This document shows positions 33,490 through 39,657 of a DNA stretch of 58,406 bases, piece after piece (position 1 is the stretch's first letter; each line of letters begins with the position of its first letter). The position numbers and the translations under genes are program-made. Source of the stretch: a virus; the IMG/VR virus record IMGVR_UViG_3300042196_000102, positions 1 to 58,406 of that record; one strand, written 5' to 3'. The notes under the pieces are model-generated. The model saw only the letters and a list, made by a program, of their open reading frames with translations, did no database searches and was not told the origin of the DNA.

Positions 33490-33803
33490 TCGTCTACCTC
33501 TTCCTCATCATCTTGTGAATCATCAAAGTCATCCCAACCGCAGCGGCAATCATACTCCCCACAAACATCACATTTGGTCGTCGTGCTGCTGTCCACCATC
33601 ACCACTTGCCCCTCCGTCTGCACTCCACACAGCGGGTGCGGTACTTTGGTGTCTTGCTTGTTGGCAACTGCTTTCGATGGCCACATTCCAGTACTAGACC
33701 AGTCGCCGTGCCATGCGTGATGCCACAACCGTGTTGACTGATGATGAATCGCCCCTGAATCTTCCGAAAGGGGGAGGGGGGTATGTACAACCTCACTTGC
33801 CAC
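33486..33803 (-). CDS. Small Cys-rich/acidic protein(s); reading frame uncertain
   Basis: One reading is a single 105-aa ORF. The other is a 65-aa Zn-ribbon ORF (33599-33796) followed by a 37-aa acidic Cys-rich ORF coupled by TGATG at 33599. My third-position GC count (60% versus 62%) does not discriminate between them. Confidence 0.35.
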   Translation of the reverse strand: MASEVVHTPLPLSEDSGAIHHQSTRLWHHAWHGDWSSTGMWPSKAVANKQDTKVPHPLCGVQTEGQVVMVDSSTTTKCDVCGEYDCRCGWDDFDDSQDDEEEVDE

Positions 33804-34635
33804 CTCCGATCAGGAATGCCCCGGCAACTAGGGCAATGGCCAGCAGGAGGGTCCCACTTCCAGCCCCACCAAACACACCTCCTGTCAGGGAGTCAATCAA
33901 CTTCCCTGTGGCTGCGTCTACCAGTGGGTCCGGCTTCACATTGGGGTCTTGGACTATGGGGGTCCGATAACGAGCAAACCAGTCCCACACTCCGCCCGCC
34001 TGCCGTTCGCTGATACACCTTTCGCCTGGGTCCCCCATCTCCGGGATGCCACAGTTGTCCACCACGTACTGCCAACCCGCATCGAAGTTGTTGAGGGCCT
34101 GGACTTGGGAGGAGACGGTGTGGGGGCCAGCCATATAGCCTGCGAGATTCTGCTGGAGGAGAGGTTCTACCTTGTCCACAATCTGCGTGGTGGCCACCTT
34201 CTGCCTAGGACCCTTGCGGCCAAACAGAGCCATCAACCCGAGGGTGACTCCAGCAACCACGGCCCCGATGATGGGGATGGCGGCGGCAGTGAGGCCAAGG
34301 AAAGTGCCCGTGCCTGCTGCGGCCCCGGCTCCGGCGGTCGAGGTGGCGATACCAGTGGTGAGGACCCCCCCGATGATTTGGGGAGTGGAGAGGGCGATGG
34401 AGGAACCGGTCTGCCCTAGGCCAACCAGGGAGACGGCCTCCTCAGCCTCAAACCCGCTCAGCCCATACTCCCGCATCAAGGACCACTCTTTGAGGGTGTA
34501 GTAGCGCTTGGGGGAGTAGTGACGGGGGAGGGGGGAGGGTTGGCCGATGGAGAGAGCGGACGGGGGGGCAGGGACGGAGGGGTGGGTGGGAGGGGACCAG
34601 GGGGAGGTGTAGACGTAAGAAGCCGGATGCATCAC
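33793..34635 (-). CDS. Multi-pass / tail-anchored membrane protein (280 aa)
   Basis: It has a central Gly/Ala-rich hydrophobic block. The C-terminal helix LLLAIALVAGAFLI is followed by GGGK. Confidence 0.65.
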   Translation of the reverse strand: MMHPASYVYTSPWSPPTHPSVPAPPSALSIGQPSPLPRHYSPKRYYTLKEWSLMREYGLSGFEAEEAVSLVGLGQTGSSIALSTPQIIGGVLTTGIATSTAGAGAAAGTGTFLGLTAAAIPIIGAVVAGVTLGLMALFGRKGPRQKVATTQIVDKVEPLLQQNLAGYMAGPHTVSSQVQALNNFDAGWQYVVDNCGIPEMGDPGERCISERQAGGVWDWFARYRTPIVQDPNVKPDPLVDAATGKLIDSLTGGVFGGAGSGTLLLAIALVAGAFLIGGGK

Positions 34636-35048
34636 ACTCTCCCTATTCCAAACCTATATCGACCTGCCAATAAAAGCAACTGTCTTGCCCTCACTATATC
34701 GTTGGTCACAATGTTCCAACCTCGGTAGTCCTTTACAGCGTTGGCAACGACTCCATGCTTTCTCAGGAATCCTCTGTCCACAATCGCTGCTTGCTTGTCC
34801 TTATACACGTGGGAATAGATGGAACCAGCCTGCGGGTTGCCTCTACGTAGAGGTATCTTGATCTGCACCCGTCCATCGGGCAGGCGGCGGACCATCGCCC
34901 GTATCCCTCCCTGCGGATTGCTGCGGCGGCGTTTTCCTCTTCCACCCCCGTTGCCGCCTTCCCTCTTCCACCCGAGGTCCCGGAGTTTCTGTAGCAGGAT
35001 ATCACGCTCAGACCGCAGGCGACGACGGAGGCTGAACCGTTGGGCCAT
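34632..35048 (-). CDS. Basic hypothetical protein (138 aa)
   Basis: ATG 35048 follows GGGGGAGGACAAGG. It contains RRRSNPQG, RRLPDGRVQIKIP and RRGNPQAG. Confidence 0.55.
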   Translation of the reverse strand: MAQRFSLRRRLRSERDILLQKLRDLGWKREGGNGGGRGKRRRSNPQGGIRAMVRRLPDGRVQIKIPLRRGNPQAGSIYSHVYKDKQAAIVDRGFLRKHGVVANAVKDYRGWNIVTNDIVRARQLLLLAGRYRFGIGRV

Positions 35049-35049
35049 C

Positions 35050-35370
35050 CTACCTTGTCCTCCCCCTTCCCCTTCCCTGTATCTTGATCTGCACCTTGCC
35101 CCCCCGGAGCCTCTTGACCGTGGCCGGGGTCCACCGGGTCGGGATGTCGCGGGCAGTTGCGTGGGGATTGTCAATCCGTCCGACGTGCTCTTTGATCGGC
35201 TCGTTGTCCTTCCATAGACTGACACTTTCACCACCTGCCCGACCGTGGCCTAACTGGGAAGCCCGGACATAATTCCCATAGGCTCTCAGAGCTGATTTGT
35301 AATTTGAGCCTTCGTAGACCTTACCAACGTTGCCTACAACGACCTCGTAGAATGGTTTGTACGTTGGCAT
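35050..35370 (-). CDS. Hypothetical protein (106 aa)
   Basis: It ends KRLRGGKVQIKIQGRGRGRTR, paralogous to a segment of the next gene. Confidence 0.55.
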   Translation of the reverse strand: MPTYKPFYEVVVGNVGKVYEGSNYKSALRAYGNYVRASQLGHGRAGGESVSLWKDNEPIKEHVGRIDNPHATARDIPTRWTPATVKRLRGGKVQIKIQGRGRGRTR

Positions 35371-35371
35371 C

Positions 35372-35833
35372 CTACTTCTTCCCCCTTGCCAGCATCATCA
35401 CTAGAAAGAACGCCCCGCCCGCCAGCAGGATCATCCCCACCCCCGGACTGGCTACTCCGCTCACTGCCGCCGTCCCAGCCCCCGCCGTCAGGATGGAGGG
35501 CTGGGTCCCCCCAGGTTGCCGATACGTGATCGTCCCGCCGGTTGGGGAGGTCTGCACATACGTCCCCTTGGGGTACGTTACTTGGAGCAGGAGTTGTTCG
35601 CCGGTCTTGATGAGGCCCTCCCACCACGAGGGGGTAGTGGCGGTGACCGGCATCCCTGGAATCGGGGCCATCCAAGAGGGGTCCAAGGTGGGGGGCATAG
35701 GCAATTGGCCAACCCCACGCAACCGGACGGGGCGCTTCCACTGGCCCATCCCCGGCACGGCTGGCCCCTCGCCTGCTGCCACCGGATACGCCAATCCTGG
35801 ACTTAACTGGATATTGCAAGCTGGAACCTGCAC
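35372..35833 (-). CDS. Tail-anchored membrane protein (153 aa)
   Basis: GTG start. The C-terminal helix MILLAGGAFFLVMML is followed by ARGKK. Confidence 0.6.
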   Translation of the reverse strand: MQVPACNIQLSPGLAYPVAAGEGPAVPGMGQWKRPVRLRGVGQLPMPPTLDPSWMAPIPGMPVTATTPSWWEGLIKTGEQLLLQVTYPKGTYVQTSPTGGTITYRQPGGTQPSILTAGAGTAAVSGVASPGVGMILLAGGAFFLVMMLARGKK

Positions 35834-35834
35834 G

Positions 35835-36554
35835 TTACACCCACCCCCTTCCTTTTTGCCGTCCCCAGATCAGCCATACCACCAGTACCGCTCCCAGTAA
35901 CATGGGCCAGATCGGGGCGAAGATCGTCCACTCCTCAAGCCGGCCCAACCCAGTGGCCTCCCAGCCCGGATACATCCCATGGCTTACATCCATCGGAATC
36001 CGGCCCCGCCCCTCGGGGTACGCGGCAAGGTAGACGTGGGAGAACCTGTCCGGGTACTGGTGGTCCGCCGCGATGGTCACGAAGGTGGACTTGATCCCGG
36101 CGGCTTTGAGGAGTGCGGCGGTATACATGGCGAAGTCATCACAGTCCCCCACCTTGCTGCACTCGCCTTGCGCACACAGCACGCTCATGTCCTTGGGTCG
36201 GATCAACACTTCCACGATGGGCAACCCGTACTGTGGGGCGAGGGGTATCGCGATCTGGGAATCCTGCTGGAACTTGAGCCGCTGCTTGACAAACCAGAAA
36301 ATCCCGTGGATGGGGTCCTGGCCGGGGGCGACGGCCTGCCCAAGATCACCCTGGATCTCGGGGGAGGCCCAATCCTCCCGCACGTAGCGCCCCATCAACG
36401 CGATTGTGTCCTGGACCTGCGTATCCGGGTCGTCGGAGGTGATCTGGCCAACGTGCCGCAAGGCTTCCATCGGGTCCTTGGGGCCTACTTTCGACGGTTC
36501 ATAGTCCTCTGTCGTCCTGGGGTACAGTACGTCGTGTACCAGTATGCACCACAA
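35835..36554 (-). CDS. Transglutaminase-like cysteine peptidase with a C-terminal TM anchor
   Basis: The Cys-His-Asp core reads GDCDDFAMYTAALLKAAGIK ... FSHVYLAAY ... IPMDVSHG. The C-terminal helix is WPMLLGAVLVVWLIW. The start is uncertain: TTG 36554 or ATG 36470. Confidence 0.7.
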   Translation of the reverse strand: MWCILVHDVLYPRTTEDYEPSKVGPKDPMEALRHVGQITSDDPDTQVQDTIALMGRYVREDWASPEIQGDLGQAVAPGQDPIHGIFWFVKQRLKFQQDSQIAIPLAPQYGLPIVEVLIRPKDMSVLCAQGECSKVGDCDDFAMYTAALLKAAGIKSTFVTIAADHQYPDRFSHVYLAAYPEGRGRIPMDVSHGMYPGWEATGLGRLEEWTIFAPIWPMLLGAVLVVWLIWGRQKGRGWV

Positions 36555-36591
36555 TCAGGGGGTTGACAAGAGGGTGGGCATTGGGCAATAA
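36541..36591. promoter_or_regulatory. Back-to-back divergent promoters sharing a palindromic -35 (TTGACAA / TTGTCAA)
   Basis: Minus strand: TTGTCA (36569-36564), 17 nt, CATACT (36546-36541). Plus strand: GGGGGTTGACA (-35 at 36563-36568), 17 nt, CAATAA (36586-36591, a weak -10). Confidence 0.4.
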
Positions 36592-36668
36592 CTACTAATT
36601 AGTGGGCAGGAGGCCAACTTGGGAACTGCGGAACCGGCTCGACACTCCCTAGACGGGCCTGACAAGGT

Positions 36669-38597
36669 TTGTATCGCAGATCGACGCAAGCGCCTCCACG
36701 CCCACCACCAGGAAAGAAAGGATGCTACGAAGTGCCAACAACCATAAATGTGAAGCCGTTACCCTTGCAGGACGGTGCCGGTGCAGACTTGGGGGACATT
36801 GCAGCGGACCTAGGGGGTACGCAGACTACCGGGCCGATGGAGCCGCCGGCCAAAAGCCCCGGCCCGCGCAGGAGAAAACGTCAAGCCGGCCCACAGCAGC
36901 CCACCCCCGCCCCCGACCCCTCAGGGCCGACTGCACCCACCGAGACTACAACAACGTTGGGCGAGGTCTGGAGGCGCACCTCGATCCAGCGGGCAGCAAC
37001 AACTCTTGCATCGACCTGGGCAAGCGACCCGCCCGTCCCGTACTTGCCCCCGCCGGTCAAGTTCTCCCTCAACCCGGAGGACTTCTTCCGCTACTGGCAC
37101 GCAACCGACACCCAGTTCCCGCACCGCCTCCTCTGCTACTTGTACCGGGTGTGGCCCAAGATCGACCGTACCAAGGAGGGATTGGTCGCAGACGCCAGCA
37201 AGTACATCGACAAGATTGATGGGGCGCTCCCGCCCGAGATTGGGGACTGGCGCCAAGAAATCTTCCACCGCTACGGGAGCGGCGCCTACAAGTTCGTGCT
37301 GACGGACGGCCTCAAGAGCAAGGCGGTGTGCCAGACGGTTGTGCCAAGCAAGGAGTTGGACGACCTTGAGGAATACCCGCCCCACCTCAACTATGACGAG
37401 TTGATTATGGACCACCCCGACAACCAATCTTACGTCCGGTGGCTCAACGTGAAAGGGCTACTACAACAGGAGAGTGACATGCAGCAAGGTGAAGCGATGA
37501 AGGAAATGACTGGCCTGGTGAGAGATATGGTGCTCGACAAGGCCAAACAGCAGCCGCAACAACCCGTCCCCGAGAGCCCCAATGCCACGGCCACGGCGGA
37601 GGCGATCAAGGCGACGGCCAAGGCAGTGGCGGAGGCGGCGACAATGGGCAATGAGATCATGAAGAACGCCTTCAACCAAGTGGCCCAGGCGACAGCCGAG
37701 CAGTCCAACCCCAAGACGATGCTGGAGATCATCACAGCTGTCAGTGGCTTGGTGAATCGCCCACAGGCGGACGGAGAGGGGGGCATGTTGGTGAAGCTGC
37801 TCTTGGAACGGGAGGCCACCACACGGGAGGAGATGGTCAAGCTGAACAGCAACTTGTTCCTGGTGCAGACGGACCAGATCAGGAAGTTGCAGGAGGACTT
37901 GCAGGCGATCCGGGCCAACCCACAAGGGCTGACCGTGGCGGCGGGGGCGGGGACGGCAACACCCAACGGCAACCCCCTCCTGGACGCAATCCGGGCGTAC
38001 AAGGAGTTGAAGGCTGAGATTGCAGAGGAAGTGGGCGACGAGGGGGATAGTGTGCGGTCTCCAAAAGTACCGGTCTGGTTGGGGCTGGCCGAGACGACCA
38101 TGAAGAATCTGCCGGTTGTTGCGGCCTACATCGTGCAGGCTATCATAGCAGCCAAGGCACAGCCGGGCCAGATGCAGGCAGCACAGATGCCGGTGGCGGC
38201 AGCACTACCGGCGGGCGCAGGCGCAGGCGAGGCAACCATGGCAGGCGGAGAAGACGTGAGACAGCAAGCAGAAACCAAGAACTGGATGGCGTTCCTCAAG
38301 GATATTGAGGGGCCAATAATCCGGTACATGAGTGAAGGGAGGAGCGGGGACGAGTTTGCCTCCGCGATCGTCGAGTACCGTGGCTTGCTGGACTACCGCG
38401 CAGTCAAGAGTTGTGGGGCCGACACGATCAAGACCGTCCTCAACGCCTACCCCCCGATTGCTCAGGTCGTCCAGAGAGTGCCGCAGCAGTTCGATCAATT
38501 CCTAGATGAGTTCATGCGGGCCGAGGAGATTTGGGCGGCACAGGAGGCCGAGGACCGAGGGGAGGGGGAAGCACCAACGGGACGGCCCGTGGCGTAG
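36669..38597 (+). CDS. Large hypothetical protein (up to 642 aa), the only long plus-strand gene
   Basis: Uninterrupted 1.9-kb ORF. The N terminus is Pro-rich and basic, and the middle is Ala/Gln-rich and coiled-coil-like. The start codon is uncertain (TTG 36669, or an internal GTG/ATG). No family recognised. Confidence 0.7.
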   Translation: MYRRSTQAPPRPPPGKKGCYEVPTTINVKPLPLQDGAGADLGDIAADLGGTQTTGPMEPPAKSPGPRRRKRQAGPQQPTPAPDPSGPTAPTETTTTLGEVWRRTSIQRAATTLASTWASDPPVPYLPPPVKFSLNPEDFFRYWHATDTQFPHRLLCYLYRVWPKIDRTKEGLVADASKYIDKIDGALPPEIGDWRQEIFHRYGSGAYKFVLTDGLKSKAVCQTVVPSKELDDLEEYPPHLNYDELIMDHPDNQSYVRWLNVKGLLQQESDMQQGEAMKEMTGLVRDMVLDKAKQQPQQPVPESPNATATAEAIKATAKAVAEAATMGNEIMKNAFNQVAQATAEQSNPKTMLEIITAVSGLVNRPQADGEGGMLVKLLLEREATTREEMVKLNSNLFLVQTDQIRKLQEDLQAIRANPQGLTVAAGAGTATPNGNPLLDAIRAYKELKAEIAEEVGDEGDSVRSPKVPVWLGLAETTMKNLPVVAAYIVQAIIAAKAQPGQMQAAQMPVAAALPAGAGAGEATMAGGEDVRQQAETKNWMAFLKDIEGPIIRYMSEGRSGDEFASAIVEYRGLLDYRAVKSCGADTIKTVLNAYPPIAQVVQRVPQQFDQFLDEFMRAEEIWAAQEAEDRGEGEAPTGRPVA

Positions 38598-38620
38598 CGC
38601 AGTTCACTGACGGATGGATG

Positions 38621-38679
38621 GGGCCAAAACCGAAAGGGCCAATTCGCTGATTGCCCTAGAAGCTTTAGCGAATTGGCCC
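38621..38679 (-). terminator. Hairpin terminator between convergent genes
   Basis: A perfect 13-bp inverted repeat, GGGCCAATTCGCT (38636-38648) and AGCGAATTGGCCC (38667-38679), with an 18-nt loop. On the minus strand it is followed by TTTCGGTTTTGG. A second 8-bp inverted repeat lies at 38702-38732. Confidence 0.55.
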
Positions 38680-38791
38680 GTGGTGAACGCACCGCATCAC
38701 CGGGCGCAACCAGCTTGCGATGGCTTGCGCCCATGAGGAGGACCACCTATAGCACAGAATACGGTTGGGTTGATCGCCACCAGCACAATAC

Positions 38792-39067
38792 CTAGGACTC
38801 GGGAACCTCTTCTGGTACCTCGTCCTCTTCGTCTTCCTCTTCCTCTACTTCTAGTTCCACGTCCTCCGCCTCGCTAGGCACCTCGGTCAACTGCCACACC
38901 TTGACCCCCAGCCCCTCGTACTCATCCTCCTGGTCGGGGATCAAGGCCATGTACATCTTGCCGAGGTACTGCAACAGGGCCGGTTCCCCATACTCTACCA
39001 CCCCGCTGGAGGTGTCGTCCGGGGCGATGATCTCGTAGCCCTCATCGCTCAATTCCACGTGCCACAT
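38792..39067 (-). CDS. Hyper-acidic small protein (candidate DNA mimic / anti-defence)
   Basis: 91 aa with 31 Asp/Glu against 2 Lys (my count). The C-terminal tail is EDVELEVEEEEDEEDEVPEEVPES. It has a GGGAGGG SD and its own promoter, immediately downstream of the CRISPR array. Confidence 0.6.
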   Translation of the reverse strand: MWHVELSDEGYEIIAPDDTSSGVVEYGEPALLQYLGKMYMALIPDQEDEYEGLGVKVWQLTEVPSEAEDVELEVEEEEDEEDEVPEEVPES

Positions 39068-39092
39068 CGTTCAAAATCCCTCCCTGAGAGTG

Positions 39093-39125
39093 AGTATGGG
39101 GCACGGCTGACTGAGAGTCAAGACC
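39093..39125 (-). promoter_or_regulatory. Conserved promoter motif, copy f
   Basis: The minus strand reads GGTCTTGACT, then 17 nt, then CATACT (39098-39093). It lies between the degenerate terminal CRISPR repeat and the acidic-protein gene. Confidence 0.5.
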
Positions 39126-39151
39126 TCGGTCCCAAAGTGATAATTCCCGAC

Positions 39152-39530
39152 CTCGCAGCAGACACCTTCTCCTTGTGTCCACTACGGGTGTCAAGGCCGG
39201 GATCATCCCGTCGTGCCGGGTCGCCCGACTACGGGCGGGGTCGGCAGCGCGGAAGGGTTGGCAATCTCCCTCCACAACCCGCAGCAGACACTCTTTCCTG
39301 TGTCCACTACGGGATGACGTTTTGGTCTGGGCGGCGCTCACCATCATTCCCGCAGCAGACACTCTTTCCTGTGTCCACTACGGGAGCCGGTCACCGTGGA
39401 CTCGGTCGGCCAAACGCCCCCCGCAGCAGACACTCTTTCCTGTGTCCACTACGGGGGCAGTGGGACTCCCAAGCGGGACAAGGCTGACGAGGCACCCGCA
39501 GCAGACACTCTTTCCTGTGTCCACTACGGG
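39152..39530 (-). CRISPR. Mini-CRISPR array: 4 identical 36-bp repeats plus 1 degenerate terminal repeat
   Basis: CCCGCAGCAGACACTCTTTCCTGTGTCCACTACGGG lies at 39278-39313, 39349-39384, 39420-39455 and 39495-39530. The unique spacers are 35, 35 and 39 bp. A degenerate copy with a 1-nt insertion lies at 39152-39188, separated by 89 bp. The strand is inferred from the repeat hairpin (G-U versus C-A pairs) and from the degenerate copy lying at the distal end. Confidence 0.9.
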
Positions 39531-39657
39531 GGCGGTTGGGCTAACCCCAAATATCCCCGTCGCTTAAGCCGCTTTCCGCGAGCGGTTGGGGCGGCAAGCG
39601 TCCCCGCCGGTGATCGCGCTTGGCCTGGCGGTGGCCAAAACATTGAATCCATTACAA
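39531..39657 (-). other. Putative CRISPR leader / possible scaffold-RNA region
   Basis: This is the 127-bp interval between the effector-like ORF's stop and the first repeat. It holds only short hairpins (CCGCT-N7-AGCGG at 39569-39585, the palindrome GCTTAAGC). I found no convincing promoter in it. Confidence 0.3.

Noticed and set aside
36722-37219. Alternative-frame 165-aa ORF with an ATG just after a purine-rich stretch at the 5' end of the 642-aa gene
   Set aside because: The purine-rich run abuts the ATG with no spacing. The product is Arg/Pro/Gly-rich with no motif, and the overlapping 1.9-kb frame is far longer. It does leave the true start of the 642-aa gene uncertain.
39200-39235. 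A possible sixth, decayed repeat inside the 89-bp interval between the degenerate repeat and repeat 2
   Set aside because: Only the last 10 nt (CGACTACGGG) resemble the repeat and the remaining 26 positions are essentially random. I note it as a possible relic but do not count it as a repeat unit.
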